Counted from the stretch's first letter, positions 42,569 to 59,032 are shown. The stretch is 64,000 nt of DNA from Eledone cirrhosa (GCA_964016885.1 OZ024753.1:36704001-36768000), one strand, 5' to 3'. Notes: generated by a model from the sequence alone, not told the origin. Translations and numbers: made by a program.

Positions 42569-42704
42569 GAGAGATGGGAGAGGAAAGCAAACCTTGAACA
42601 AACAAAAACATATACAAACAAGTCAAAATCGAGCATCTTCTGTCAGAAATTACTCCTTTTATTTTTATATTTTAGAAAATAAATCAAAAATCATTTTCGA
42701 CACA

Positions 42705-43121
<417 letters not shown>

Positions 43122-43421
43122 GCCTATATATATGTGTGTGTGCATGTATGTGTGCATATACGCTGTACTTTAAATAAGGTTTTCATTATGTGAATAAAAA
43201 CACTTAAATCTACATTGGGTTGATAAAATGACAGTATGCTGTCCAATGACTGCCACAGACAAGAGTTTTTCACCTTAATTTACTCGTTGAATGTCTTCAC
43301 ATTTCTGCTTTCATTCATTTATTGAAACATTCTACACGAACTCTAGGATATAAAGTGACACTTTTGCTCACAGATTAAACACAAGAAAACATATTTGTTT
43401 ATATATATGATTATATATATG

Positions 43422-43533
43422 ATGTGGCTTAGTGGTAAGGGTTTTGGACTTGCTATCGTAAGGTCGTGAGTTCGATTCCCTTGAGTCCTTGTACTAAGCA
43501 ATTTATTTCAGATTGCTCCAGTTCACTCAGCTG
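43422..43533 (+). mobile_element. SINE family 2 (tRNA head plus central domain)
   Basis: GTGGCTTAGTGGTAAGGG (A box), GAGTTCGATTCCC (B box), then TTTATTTCAGATTGCTCCAGTTCACTCAGCTG. Confidence 0.75.
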
Positions 43534-43952
43534 AGGTAGAGGAGAAAAGACTATTACTACTATTATATATAAAATCCGGTTTAGTCACCGACCACTTGCC
43601 CATGAAGCAAGTTGTATAGGGTTACAAGGTACGAGTAACAGGCAGAAGACTGACCCGAACATATATAGTATATATACTGTAGGTAAAATAGATATAGTGT
43701 ATATATAGTATAGATTCTGTATATACAAAATATATAGTGTTTATATAGTGTATGTAAGAATTGTGACGTCACTGGGGCCAAGCTAAATCGGCGTTAGCCT
43801 TTCCTTGACCAACATCGATGTTGTAGAGAGGGTAAGCCTGCATGCAAGGGCGACTGCTGCTTTTAACAAAACACCCTGTTCTGGCTTGTGTCATGGTGTG
43901 AATAAAAAGCTAGTCGTGTTTGAAGAGAGCCATTAACTTGTATTTATATATT

Positions 43953-43993
43953 CCGTCTGATGAGGCTCAAATGCCGAAACTTGCTAGTCACTG
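43953..43993 (+). ncRNA. Minimal type I hammerhead ribozyme, canonical core and GUC site
   Basis: CCGT-CTGATGA-GGC-TCAAAT-GCC-GAAA-CT-TGCT-AG-TC-ACTG. Helix I is weak (3 of 4 pairs). Confidence 0.7.
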
Positions 43994-44220
43994 TTGCATT
44001 TTTCTAAAGTAAAAGAACTTTTACATTGTTCACTTATACATTCAGGTTCCCATTCTTTGTAAGCGTGTATATAAGACACACTATTCTACCTCCCTACCCC
44101 TCCCGCTCACTCTCTTTACACACACACATACATACACACACACACATACATAGACACACTCACACATATATATGCGTGTGCGTGTGTGTGTGTGTGTATA
44201 AAAATATATTTTTTCATATC

Positions 44221-44289
<69 letters not shown>

Positions 44290-44473
44290 CATATGCATAC
44301 ATTACATTACATTCGTACGTACATACATACATACATACATACATACATACATACATACATACATACATACATACATACATACATACATACACACTCACAC
44401 ATATATATGTGTGTGTGTGCGTGTGTGTGTGTATATAAAAATATATGTTTTCATATCTATATATATATATACA

Positions 44474-44541
<68 letters not shown>

Positions 44542-44563
44542 ATATACATATGCATACATTACA

Positions 44564-44594
<31 letters not shown>

Positions 44595-44628
44595 CATACA
44601 CAAATACATACATACATACATACATACA

Positions 44629-44659
<31 letters not shown>

Positions 44660-44986
44660 TTGTAAATCATTCTTAATGAAATTTATTTTAATTCCAATAA
44701 TTGAGTTGTCTCTCTTCACAGATATTTGTTCCTGGTTTCAGGGTGTTATTACCAACTTCTATCGCTTTAGCTCCCTTCACACTGTCGCTCTCCTCGTTCC
44801 CTCTTTTCCTCTCGGTATATTTATTTATCAATCTGTCTATCTCACTTCATCTTCCTATCTATTTCTCTATCTCTCTATCTCCTTCAATCTATTGCAATCT
44901 CTCTTTCTTTAACTAACTTTATCTCTCTCTATTTTTCTCTCAATCTATTTATATATCAATCTATCTATCTCAATCAATCTCACTCT

Positions 44987-45019
<33 letters not shown>

Positions 45020-45313
45020 ACTATATCTATCTCTTTTTCTTTACACTTCATATTTATATATGTACCCTGTGTGTGTGTATGCTCTGTGTGCCTGCGTGTA
45101 TGTGCGTATGTATGCATGTATGTGTGTGTACCTTGTGTGTTTTAAGATTGCCTGCTTATTTCAGCCATTTTAGATGTTTATATATATATATGTATATATA
45201 TATATACATTTATTTCTACTTATTTTAATAATAATTTAGTAGATGGTTCTTTTTCCGCGTTTGTAAATTTGCTGACTTTTTAATAGTATTCATCATAACA
45301 TAAAAATGAATTA

Positions 45314-45387
<74 letters not shown>

Positions 45388-45396
45388 ATGAATATA

Positions 45397-45479
<83 letters not shown>

Positions 45480-45482
<3 letters not shown>

Positions 45483-45615
45483 AACCAGTAAGACCCCGAC
45501 GGCTTGAGCTCAGCCGTTGGGGTCTTACTGGTTCCTATTACCCACTCTACTACCCTAAGTATTGAGTACTTTGGTGCGTTATGGTCCACCTGGTTCCTTA
45601 CCACATTTCCTTCGT

Positions 45616-45616
<1 letters not shown>
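45480..45616 (+). mobile_element. PLE-like family A copy with short inverted arm
   Basis: Arms AGGAACCAGTAAGACCCCGACGGCT and AGCCGTTGGGGTCTTACTGGTTCCT. The 3' body matches 10740-10818. (TA)n flanks. Confidence 0.85.
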
Positions 45617-45651
<35 letters not shown>

Positions 45652-45767
45652 ATCTTTTCTAACAACCTCATCCGACGGAAATAAAAATAAAAACGCCAAA
45701 GATAATGTTTTCTGTTTTAGACACAAGGACAGTAACGTCTGGGAGTCTAAAGTCTGTCTCAAGCCGG

Positions 45768-46030
45768 AGGCTCATTAGGGCCAGCGATTTTCCCGATTTA
45801 TGTGGCGTTAAGCGACTGAGAGTACGAGACTTCCCCTGGATATGACACTTGTCCAACGCAGGGTTAACGTCCCATCTATTACTGGTACTCATTTTCAGTT
45901 GAGTATACTGGAACAACATGAAATGAATTGTTTTGCTCAAGAATATAACACAACACAACACATAACCGAATCCAGGAATCGAAGCCACAATTATGATCTT
46001 AAGTCCAAAACCCTTACCACTAGGCTACGC
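45768..46030 (-). mobile_element. SINE family 2, long diverged copy
   Basis: Minus strand reads GCGTAGCCTAGTGGTAAGGGTTTTGGACTT..GCTTCGATTCCTGGA..TTCATGTTGTTCCAGTATACTCAACTG. Confidence 0.7.
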
Positions 46031-46044
46031 AAGGTGAAGAAAAG

Positions 46045-46372
46045 TCGATCTAATCGATCCGTGTGTTTGATTGGTAGTGTTTTCTATCCATTTCAGAAGG
46101 ATGAAAACCAAATTTGATCCGACCAGGATTTGAACTCAGACCATAAAGATCCGAAACAGATAGCCCAAAATATTTTATCCAACACTCTTACCACTAGACT
46201 ATATAAGGTGAAAGAAAAGTATATATAATCGATCTCAATATTTGATTGGCAATTTTCTATTAAATAAGAAAAAGAAAAACCAAATTTCACCGGGGCAGAA
46301 TTTGAACTCAGAGCGTAAAGGACTAAAATAAAAGCCCAAAGTATTTTATCCAACGTTCTAACGATTCTGTGA
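46045..46372 (-). mobile_element. Two diverged tandem SINE family 1-related copies
   Basis: AAAACCAAATTT..ATTTGAACTCAGA..AGCCCAAA.TATTTTATCCAAC occurs twice. Confidence 0.6.
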
Positions 46373-46706
46373 ATACATAATATGCTTGATAAAGTGTATA
46401 GGAATATATTTTTAATCACAAACATTCAGTATGTTGCTCACGTTCTCCCCTCATTTAATTTATTTCAATATTTCTTTTTTGTTTTTAATCAGAGAGAAAC
46501 TGTTATAATTCTAGTGTAAACATTTTTTTACTCATTAATTATTAAATTTACGTGAAAATACGTGATTGCATCCGTGTGTGTGTGTGTGTGTGTGTACATG
46601 CGTGTATGTGTGTATATGTGCGTGGGAGGAGGTTTATGGATGTAAATATGGGCATATATATACATATATATATATATAATATATATATTATATATATAAA
46701 AATATA

Positions 46707-46783
<77 letters not shown>

Positions 46784-46866
46784 TATTATATATATATATA
46801 TAATATATATATATATTATATATATATATATACATATATATATGTATATATATATAATATATATAA

Positions 46867-46898
<32 letters not shown>

Positions 46899-46988
46899 GT
46901 ACATTCATACCCACATGCACACATATTTGTATATATATATATATATATATATGTATACATATGAGTATATATATATATATATATACTC

Positions 46989-47077
<89 letters not shown>

Positions 47078-47218
47078 TTTAAATATACACATACATACGT
47101 ATGTGTATGTGCGTGTAAGTGTATGAATAAATGAGTATATATGTGAGTGTATAAATGCTTACGTATATAGATTTATATGTAGATTTATATACGTGCATTT
47201 ACACACACACACACACAC

Positions 47219-47302
<84 letters not shown>

Positions 47303-48053
47303 GTATGTATATATATATGTACGAATTTCAATAAATATGTATGTATGTACATGTATATGGATGCATATGCATATATGTATATATAGATAGATAGATATAC
47401 ACACACACATATATACATCTCTGTGTGTGCCCACACACACACCCACACAAATGAACGATGAAACAGCTACCTCCTACATACATATATACACACAAGCATA
47501 CAAAATACATACCTACGTACATATCTACATACATACATACATACATAACATTTATACAGTCTCACATAAATACATTTTCATTCTTGGTGAATCGCCTCGG
47601 AGCTGATCAATCGTATTTTCAAATCACATTTTTCAGTCTCAGAAGTAAGGAAGAATTGTTTAACTCCCAAAATGTACGTCATATGATCATCCGTTTCCTG
47701 AAAACATCTTTGGAAGGTTTCACTGCTAAACTTGTATTTTTTATCGTTTAATATTTACTTATATTTTGTATTTAAGCTGCAATCATCCGCATAACAACTG
47801 CTTTTTCTATATTACCAATTCCTTGTGGAAGGAATATGGAGATTTTTCACGGGAAAATAAATAAATTCTAGATATATATGAGGGGGAAATAACAAGAATG
47901 GAATGCGTTATTTTCAGCTATAGCGATTAGCTTATTTTATATATACACATATTCATACTTACTCGCGCACACATAGAAATACTTACGCACATACATACAC
48001 ATATGCATATAAATATATGTGTGTGTGCGTGTGGATATATATACATATGTGTA

Positions 48054-48085
<32 letters not shown>

Positions 48086-48113
48086 TTTATATGTATATAT
48101 GTATTTATCTGTA

Positions 48114-48167
<54 letters not shown>

Positions 48168-48220
48168 AAACAGGCAGGCTGAGCATCTGAGACCAAATAC
48201 TATATATATATATGTGTATA

Positions 48221-48306
<86 letters not shown>

Positions 48307-48393
48307 TATATTATTTATATATATATATATATTAAATATATATATATATTTATATATATATATATTATATATATATACACTCACACATATATA

Positions 48394-48425
<32 letters not shown>

Positions 48426-48814
48426 GTATTTGGTCTCAGATGCTTAGCATGGCTGTTTCAAATATTCAAATATTGCGAAGATAAATATTAATATACATTA
48501 TAATACCAAAGCATAAGGAATCCCTCTGTGGTGTTAGTAGTGGTTAGTAATCTCCTTCCATACGATCTTTGCAATGATGTATAGTTCCAATACCTTTGTT
48601 GGCCTATTTCACTTAATGCTTTATATCAGAAACCTATTCTTTCTGATTCACATGGTTGACACCCCTCGCTAACAATATATTCTTTAGTATTCCTTGGGGT
48701 GCCACACAAGCTAAACTGAAGCCAATAGGGCAGTGTTGTCTTCTTCGTTCACACAATAGTGTCTTTATTTAAATATATATATATTTATTTATATATATAT
48801 ATAATTAGATACAT

Positions 48815-48990
48815 ATATATATGTGTGTATGTGCGTGTGTGTGTGTGTTATGTATACACACACACACAAACACACATATTTCTCTATATATATGTGTGTA
48901 TGTGCGTGTGTGTGTATTATGTATACACACACACAAACACACATATTTCTCTCTATATATGTGTGTATGTGCGTGTGTGTGTGTATTATG

Positions 48991-49059
<69 letters not shown>

Positions 49060-49160
49060 ATATTTCTCTATATATATGTGTGTATGTGCGTGTGTGTGTG
49101 TATTATGTATACACACACACAAACACAAACACACATATTTCTATATATATATGTGTGTGT
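48815..49160. repeat. About 64-66-bp composite tandem repeat, about 5 copies
   Basis: ATGTGTGTATGTGCGTGTGTG..TATTATGTATACACAC..AAACACACATATTTCTC is repeated. Confidence 0.85.
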
Positions 49161-50053
49161 GTGGGGGTGTACATGTTTGTGTGCGGGCATGTGCATGTGT
49201 GTCTGCTTGTAATAAGTATTTATACACAAAATGGCGTATATAAAAATAGAAATAATCTAAGATAACTTTAATGTAACTATTATTTTATTCTTGTACAGGT
49301 TTGAGAGATCGGTTTGCAGTTGTGCAGTTCTTGTTATTAAGTCTAACACCAAGGGTGGTAGATTGCAGTATCGCTTACGTCTTTCTACGTTCTGAGTTCA
49401 AATTACGCCGAGGTTTTCTTTGCCTTGTATCCTTCAAGGTTCGAGAAAATAAAATACCAGTAACGTACTTTATTTTTTTATACACCTGGAGTCAATGAGA
49501 GGTCAGGGATTCCATGAAGGGGACGATAGTCTAAAAAAATTTCTGATCCCTGCATTAGGGTTAGATTTGAGAGAGGTTTGACATTTTTTTTATTTTAGCT
49601 CCTATAGCGACCACGAAGAGAGCTCGTAGCAAAGAAGTAATAAGTTCAACGAGAACATTGGTTACTTGCTAGAAAAATAAAATAGCAAACGTTCACGTCA
49701 AATCTCGTTTCAAGCCCTTCGCACGTTGTATACTGTCTTCCGGTGTTCCAATTATTTCCGGCGTATACATTTGTCGTTAAGTGTAGTTCAATACGTGACT
49801 TGCAAAGTATTTGACTTCTGTTCAAAATTTTTACACAAATGAATCTTCATCACAATACAATTGAACATACAATTATTAGAACTTGCAATAGATGTCTCTT
49901 AGCACACATACCAACACCAACACCAGTCTTTCTCAGCATTTGTCACTTCCCTTCAAACATTCTACCCATCTCACTCTTTCTTTCTCTCTCCCAATCCCTA
50001 GACACGCACACACACATATATATACATTATATATATACTATATATATATACAC

Positions 50054-50113
<60 letters not shown>

Positions 50114-50170
50114 GTATAGATACGTATATATAAGTATATATAAATATATATATATGTGTGTATACGTATA

Positions 50171-50260
<90 letters not shown>

Positions 50261-50485
50261 CATGTATATATGTATATATACGTATATATAAGTATATATA
50301 AGTATATATGTATATATGTCTGTGTGAGTGTGTGTGTGTGTATATATATTTATATACACACGTATATACACAAACAAACAGACTTGATATCTCCCTTTTG
50401 TCAGAGTTTAGCAGCTCCAACGTTCGGATTATGGTTATTATATGAAGGAAGAGATAGGCCTTAACACCCTACGACCATGAACCTC

Positions 50486-50557
<72 letters not shown>

Positions 50558-50560
<3 letters not shown>

Positions 50561-50754
50561 AACGAGTAGGACCGCGGCGGCTGAGCTCAAGCCGTTTCGA
50601 CGGCTAATTCTGGACAGTCCAGAATTAGCCGTCGAAACGGCTTGAGCTCAGCCGTCGGGGTCCTACTCGTTCCTATTACCCACTCTACTACCCTAAGTAT
50701 TGAGTACTTTGATGCGTTATGGTCCATCTGGTTCCTTACCACTTTTCCTTCGTT
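50558..50754 (+). mobile_element. PLE-like family A copy with 58-bp inverted arms centred on 50616
   Basis: 50558-50615 versus 50617-50674, two mismatches. (TA)n flanks. Confidence 0.88.
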
Positions 50755-50800
50755 ATATATATATATATACCAAAAGTAGAAACAATTATATATATATATA

Positions 50801-50853
<53 letters not shown>

Positions 50854-50858
<5 letters not shown>

Positions 50859-51045
50859 GTTTCTACTTTTGGTACAAGGCCAGCAATTATCCCAGTGTAT
50901 TACTGGTTCTTTATTTTATCGACCCCGTAAGGATGAAAGGCAAAGTTAACCTCGGTGGGATTTGAACTCAGACCATAAAGGGCCGTAACTCTTTGCTGCA
51001 AAGCATGGCGTCAGACCCTCTACCAATACTGCTAATCCGCCACCG
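50854..51045 (-). mobile_element. SINE family 1, full-length
   Basis: Reverse-complement match to 52070-52262. Confidence 0.9.
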
Positions 51046-51208
51046 TATATATATAATGTTTATCTGTTTTCCCTTCATTTCTTCCGACAGTTCTTCCTTC
51101 TTTTCTGTCTTTTATTCTTTCTCTCAAATTTCTTTTTTTTTCTCATATATTTTTTTGTTTGTTACTTCTTTTTATCGTTTGTTAATTTTCATTTGTTAAC
51201 TTATATAT

Positions 51209-51333
<125 letters not shown>

Positions 51334-51334
51334 A

Positions 51335-51367
<33 letters not shown>

Positions 51368-51403
51368 CACACAAATATACATATATATATATATATATTT
51401 ATT

Positions 51404-51434
<31 letters not shown>

Positions 51435-51952
51435 TCATATGTATAAATATATGTGTGTGTTTATGTGTGTATGTGTATAGTTAAATTCTTCATTTTTTTT
51501 TTTTCGGGTTCATTAAGCTCTTCTTTTATTTTTTTATAACACCAATTCTATTTAACTTTATTATTTCTTGAATTCTTATGCCAAAACCAAAAACAAGGTA
51601 CAAAAAAGTTGACAAAAATATAATGATTTTTCTCCTTTATTATAACATAACCATAGGAGTTTACTGTGCTTGTACATTTATAAAAAGATTCACATAAACA
51701 ATTGTATTTACCAAAAAAAAACATGCATGTTTCATTTACGCTGACACTGTCCCCATCAAACTGCTTTACTTCTCAATTTTACGCTAAAATTCAACAACTA
51801 TTTCCTTTAATTTCCTCTCTGCAAGACTCTCTCTATTGTCAACCGACATAATCTAATGTCTCTTTGGCAACGCCTTGGACAACCTCTTTTCGCATATTGT
51901 TTCATTATTATTGTTGACTTATTATTATTATTATTATTACTATTATTATTAT

Positions 51953-52026
<74 letters not shown>

Positions 52027-52069
52027 CTGTTGTTGTTGTAGTTTTTGATATTATTATTATTATTGTTAT

Positions 52070-52262
52070 AAGGGCGGTGGATTGGCAGTATCGGTAGAGG
52101 GTCGGACGCCATGCTTTGCAGCAAAGAGTTATGGCCCTTTATGGTCTGAGTTCAAATCCCGCCGAGGTTAACTTTGCCTTTCATCCTTACGGGGTCGATA
52201 AAATAAAGTAGCAGTAATACACTGGGATAATTGCTGGCCTTGTGCCAAATGTAGAAATAATT
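52070..52262 (+). mobile_element. SINE family 1, full-length reference copy
   Basis: GGCGGTGGATTGGCAGTATCGG (A-box-like), GAGTTCAAATCC (B box), central GCCTTTCATCCTTACGGGGTCGATAAAATAAAGTA and an (ATT)n tail. Confidence 0.92.
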
Positions 52263-52431
52263 ATTATTATTGTTATTATTATTATTATATGGTTATATGT
52301 TTTCTTTGTTAGCCACACAGTGCTTACATCAAGAGGACACTAAAGACGGTACAGTGTGGGCCATTTGCTTTATACAAAACAACCACACAGCACCAAAAGC
52401 AGTAGCAACAATGGTAGCGACAACGAGGTGC

Positions 52432-52652
52432 AAATCGCCCAGTTTGGATAGTCTGCCCTATGAGATTTACGTAAATATTCCAGACTTGTTCTTCAATCTC
52501 GTAGCAGCCTACTGCAAATGGCAGCAGTACGGCAGAATTCTCAGTTGTGTAGGTCGTGGTTTAGTAACGCTGATTAGGAAAAATGATAACAAATGGACGT
52601 TATAAATATTTTCTGGACCATAAGCCTGCTCAAAACAGAGTTTAAGATATTT
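52432..52652 (+). pseudogene. Frameshifted N-terminal reverse transcriptase fragment of an L1/Tx1-type LINE
   Basis: KSPSLDSLPYEIY..PDLF..WQQYG..RGLVTLIRK, then in another frame FWTISLLKTEFKIF. Compare KSPGxDGLPxEFY and RPISLLNxDxKI. Confidence 0.8.
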
Positions 52653-53311
52653 AGTTTTTTCTCGATTTCATTGTAAACCCCCACTATTGTATTGTCCCCT
52701 ATATCTCAGCCATTGTACCCAATAAAGAAATTCTTCTTCTTCTTCTTCATCTTCTTCTTCTTCTTCTTCTTAGTAAAAAAAACCCTCGTTCAATGGGCTA
52801 AATTTCGATTTACATATTACAAACTTAAAACCCAGATTCCTTAAAAACAACAGCACCACCACTAACACCACCTCCACCACTATCACAACCACCACCACCA
52901 CCACAACCATTACCTCCACTCCATTGACAATCTCGAGAAACGAATTTACTATTAACACATCTCAATGAAATGCACTGCACGTATCTACTTTTGACATGCA
53001 GAAAGAAGATAGAAAAAATAAACGAGAAATGAAAACTTTCAAACCAAAATATCCGACAAAATAATATGTATGAACTTATGTTTCTTACGTGAAGAAAACA
53101 TCTTCTTTCAGTCTTTAACGTGTCTTTGTCATCTGCTGAACTCATTCCAACAGTCATATTCTTCTCGTACGACACAGACAACGGTTGCTTCCTCTTACCA
53201 TTCCTATTTCATGGAGGTCTTTGTAGGTCTTTATTGGTCTTTGTTGTTCTTTGTTGTTCTTTGTTGTTCTTTGTCTATTATTTCTTCTTCTTAACTTTTT
53301 ATCTCATTCAC

Positions 53312-53399
<88 letters not shown>

Positions 53400-53456
53400 T
53401 GAATATATATATATATATATATATATATTCATATATGTGTATATATATATATATAT

Positions 53457-53599
53457 AGGATATTCAGAATTAACCGTCGAAACGGCTTGAGCTCAGCCGT
53501 CGGGGTCTTGCTTGTTCCTATTACCCACTCTACTACCCTAAGTATTGAGTACTTTGGTGCGTTATGGTCCACCTGGTTCCTTACCACATTTCCTTCGTT
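53457..53599 (+). mobile_element. PLE-like family A copy
   Basis: CAGAATTAACCGTCGAAACGGCTTGAGCTCAGCCGTCGGGGTC..CCTTCGTT between (TA)n tracts. Confidence 0.85.
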
Positions 53600-53632
53600 A
53601 TATATATATATATATATTCATATATCTATCTA

Positions 53633-53724
<92 letters not shown>

Positions 53725-53770
53725 CATATATGTATATATATATATATATGATGTGTATGTATATGTTTAT

Positions 53771-53815
<45 letters not shown>

Positions 53816-53849
53816 TATATTATATATACACCGCTCTCTCTCAATCTCA

Positions 53850-53897
<48 letters not shown>

Positions 53898-54310
53898 TTG
53901 TTACGTAATGATTTTGTACGAGCGTACGTATTTATGTAATTTATGTATTATAGTTTGTGTGTGTATTTATGTGTATTTTATGTGAGCGAATGAGTGTGTA
54001 TGTATTTATATGTGTGTGTGTGCAAACGTTACATCATTATAATCGAGTCCTTATAAGTAGGTCATCAAACGGAAAGGATATTGTACAATTGAGCGGTTTG
54101 TTTGAACAGCGTTCAACTACCTTTATTACCGGGCTATAACTTATCAAGTGACCAGACCATGACCAAACAAAGTACTTACCTTTGAAACACAAGGAGCTAG
54201 TGGAGAGATGCCATATGCCTTAGTGCCTGCATCCATATAAATCAACTATTTACTAACCGTGGTATATTCGTATAACTATCATCATGATATCTATCTATCT
54301 ATCTATATAC

Positions 54311-54414
<104 letters not shown>

Positions 54415-54502
54415 GTATACATATAAATATATATATACACACACACGCATATACATATAGATACATATGTATGTATACGTATATAGCTATACATATGTAT
54501 GT

Positions 54503-54624
<122 letters not shown>

Positions 54625-54640
54625 ATATATATATATATAC

Positions 54641-54716
<76 letters not shown>

Positions 54717-55528
54717 ATTTATATATATATATATACCTTTATATATATATACCTTTACAATAATACATACCCACATATACATATATGCAAACGTAAGTAC
54801 GTACATACATATTAGATATACCGAATATATGTGCAGATTTGTGTATATAGAATGTGTTCAATGCTTTCAATACTCTCTCTTGTATTTTCTGAAGATTATT
54901 ATTATTATTATTATTATTATTATTTTATTATTATTACATCTTGTGTGTATTGTGTGTTTTATACCATATTTCATTATATAACATCCTTCATTTTCTATAG
55001 TTTTGTTTGTCCAGCTCCGATATGTAGTGCATCCATATATTTCTAATGTTTACTGTTTGCTATGTTTTCCAAGTCCTTGTGGCTAATAAAGATATCATTA
55101 TTATTACAAGTGCATTTGCTGATTGCAATGTAAACTACTTACGGACGTTGATAACCAGCAATATATCACATCGCTCTAGATAAGTAGTTAATATCTTGCT
55201 TTCTCTTGCTTTCTATCTGTTTATTTTTTTCCCCTCTACTTTGTTGAAGTATTGATCAATCGGGTTATAAACAGTTCGATGCTCTTCTACTCAGCTAGTA
55301 TTATTTGTTCTTGAATTATCTATACATATTATTTATATGAGGCAAAGAGAAGGGGTTATTTTATCAGGAACCACAGCTAATCAAACCAGGAAAGGCATCG
55401 AATAATCAACAAAGGAAAAAATTGCTGTTTCTTTGTATCGTTTTTAACATTTTTATGATTTTGTTAGTTTTTGCAAAACTGTTTTCTGTTTACGCATGGA
55501 ATAAATCCATGTATCTGATTATTATAAA

Positions 55529-56100
55529 TGGCGGTGGATTGGCAAATCCCACCGAGGTTAGCTTCGCCTTTCATCCTTACGGGGTCGATAAAATAAAGTA
55601 CCACTCACGCACTGGGGTCGATTTAATCGACTTTCCCTTCCTCCAAAATTTCTGGCCTTGTGCCTATATAAGAAATCATTATTATTGGTGGCATAAAGGC
55701 GGTGAATTGGCAGTATCGGTAGAGGGTCGGACGCCATGCTTTCCAGCATAGTTACGTCCCTTTACGGTCTGAATTCAAATCCCGCCGAGGTTAACTTTGC
55801 CTTTCATCCTTACGGAGTCGATAAAATAAAGTACCAGTAATGTACTGGAGAATTGCTGGCCTTGTGCCTAAAGTAGAAACAATTATTATTGGTGGCATAT
55901 TGGCAATATTGGTAGAGAAAGCGACAGCATGCTTTGCAGCATATAATTACGTTCTGAGTTCAATTCCCAATGAGGTTAGTGTTGTCTTTCATCCTTACAG
56001 GATCTATAAAATAAAGTACCAGTAACGTAGTGGAGTCGATTTAATCGACTTTCCTCTCTTGCAAGATTGTTGACCTTTTTGTTTAAATCAGAAATCATTC
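55529..56100 (+). mobile_element. Three head-to-tail SINE family 1 copies
   Basis: Cores at about 55550, about 55780 and about 55970. ATTATTATTGGTGGCATA precedes both the second and third copies. Confidence 0.88.
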
Positions 56101-57464
56101 ATTATTGTTGATCTCTAGCTTATGGTTAATGTTTACTGAGTCAAGTAAGGAATACGGTAAAAACTAAATTGGAAATCAATCCATGTAATGCTCAGACGTA
56201 ACTTTGGCTTTTATTCATATTATTTGTAGCTTCGGATTAGTATTAACTAATATTTACCTCGTTATGAGACTTTCTCTTGCTAATTTCTCCTTCGCAATGT
56301 CACAGCTATTAAAAAATTGTATAATGCAAGCCATGTGTAAAACAACCGTATAAACGGTCAATACCAAGATAGTAACTGTATATCTGATGGGGCCCTACGA
56401 TTCCATCAGTAGTTAAAGACCATGGTGTATATTTGCTAAATGTTTTAATTCACTTTTGTTTCAATTGAAACTTTCGTGAGAAGCGCTGATCGCATAGCGC
56501 AAAAGTCTCAGTAATTTCACCATTGCTATAAATAGACGTTTATGCTCTACGTATTGAGCTCTTTTCCCTCTTATATGTAAACTGAAGCGTATATAAATGA
56601 AATGTGTTTGCGAGTATATAGATATATATATATATATATACAAAGAGAGGAGAGAAAGATAGGGAAACAGAGTTACATGAAAGAGAAAAACGTCAGAGAG
56701 AACGTATTAAGTGGAGGAAATGTGAGTCAACAACTGATATAGTAGAAAGGGGGAAAAAACTAGATAAATGCTATTATTTGTAGGCTTCTGTTAAGCGTTG
56801 TAAATAAGAATATATAAATATGATTGTATATTTTCTTTTCTTCATCGAATATTGTTATAAAATTCTTCAGAAACCACGTAAATATATGTATACATATACG
56901 CAGATACATATATATACGCATTTGCTTGCGCACTCTTGCACACAACAATGCAATCACAATCACAATCACAATTATACGGTAACATGTCTATGAAACGTAA
57001 GCTCTCATATACAAAGCTTTCACAAAATCAAATAGATATTCGACCACGTTTATAGACCTCTATACGCATTTATACATTTATGTATAAATATGTATTTAAT
57101 ATTTATTGGTATTATTTAATATTTCTTGATATTTTCTTCCATTTCGTTTCGTTTCTTTTCTTTTCTTCTCTATTCTTCTCTTTTCTTTCTTTTGTTTGTT
57201 TTTTCTTCCTTTCTTATCGTCTGCTTTTACAAATATAACAATGGCGGATTGCTTTGCGCTTGTTTATATGTGTGTGTTTGTGTGTGTTTATGTGTGTGTG
57301 TCTGTTTGTGTGTGCGTGTGCTTATGTTTATGTATGTGTGCGTTGGCTTTTATTGGTGTGTGTCGTGTGTGTGTATGTATGCGTGTGTGCGTGTTGTTTA
57401 TGTTGGTGTATGTGTATATGTTCGTGTATGTGTGCGTTCGTATTTATAGGTGTATCTCATGTGT

Positions 57465-57502
<38 letters not shown>

Positions 57503-57868
57503 GTGTGTGCGCGTGCGTTTGCGAGTATTTGCGTGAGTGTGTGGGCTAGTGTACGTTTGCGTATGTGAATGCGCGCATGCGTACGTCAGCGCGTCCATCG
57601 CATCGAACGCAAGCCTATGGACATGTATAAGTCTTCATGTTTGTACACAATGGTAATTGAAAGTCGATACACTGCTTTAGAGCGTAGTGGGGGGGAGGTA
57701 ATCTTTCCTGAGATACCTGCTGGCTATTGAAAACGGTATTAAACCGATTGAATTCTTTCTTACAGTTTGAACTGAGAGAAAAATCCTGGGAAAATATTTG
57801 TCTGTTCAATTTGATTTGTAAGCGACGACGATGTCTATATATACGTGTATATATGTGTATGTGTTCAT

Positions 57869-57909
<41 letters not shown>

Positions 57910-58023
57910 AACATACACACATACATATATACAAATATACACATAAATAAACACACACACAGAGATATATATGTATATATACATACATACATATATATAT
58001 GTATATAGATACATATATATATA

Positions 58024-58106
<83 letters not shown>

Positions 58107-58189
58107 GTATATATATATATATGTATATATATGTATATATATATATATGTATATATATGTATATATATATATATATATGTATATATATG

Positions 58190-58244
<55 letters not shown>

Positions 58245-58245
58245 G

Positions 58246-58404
<159 letters not shown>

Positions 58405-58417
58405 GTATATATGTATG

Positions 58418-58485
<68 letters not shown>

Positions 58486-58504
58486 AGTGTGTGTATGTAT
58501 GCAT

Positions 58505-58590
<86 letters not shown>

Positions 58591-58994
58591 ATGATGTATG
58601 TCTGTGTGTATATATTTTCCTATGATACGATGTTAGTGTATATGTTGCAGCTTGCTGTAAATAGAAATTAGTTTCGGATACACCGTCTTCTGCATCCTTG
58701 AGCATTCTTGATTTTATCTGAGTTTTATGTTGTTTTTTTTTTCTATTTCTTTCTTCTTCTTCTTCGTCTTCTTCTTATGCCCTCTCTCTTTCACTCTCTT
58801 TTATTCCTATTCTCACTCTCACTCTCTCTATCTCTATATATATATCTATGTATCTATCTCCCTCTATCTCTTTATCTCTATCTCTCTCTCTCCCTATCTC
58901 TCTATCTCTCTATCTCTCTATTTCTGTCTCTCTATCTCTCTCTATCTCTCTCTCTATATATCTCTATCTCTCTCTATCTATCTCTCTATCTCTC

Positions 58995-59032
<38 letters not shown>

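Noticed and set aside
43422-43482. tRNA-like sequence
   Set aside because: A and B boxes are present but there is no acceptor stem, and it continues into a SINE body. It is a SINE head, not a tRNA gene.
58665-58692. Minus-strand CAGAAGA-CGG-TGTAT-CC-GAAA
   Set aside because: The core U4 is mutated, helix II has only 2-3 bp, and there is no helix I. It could be a relic but is not supportable.
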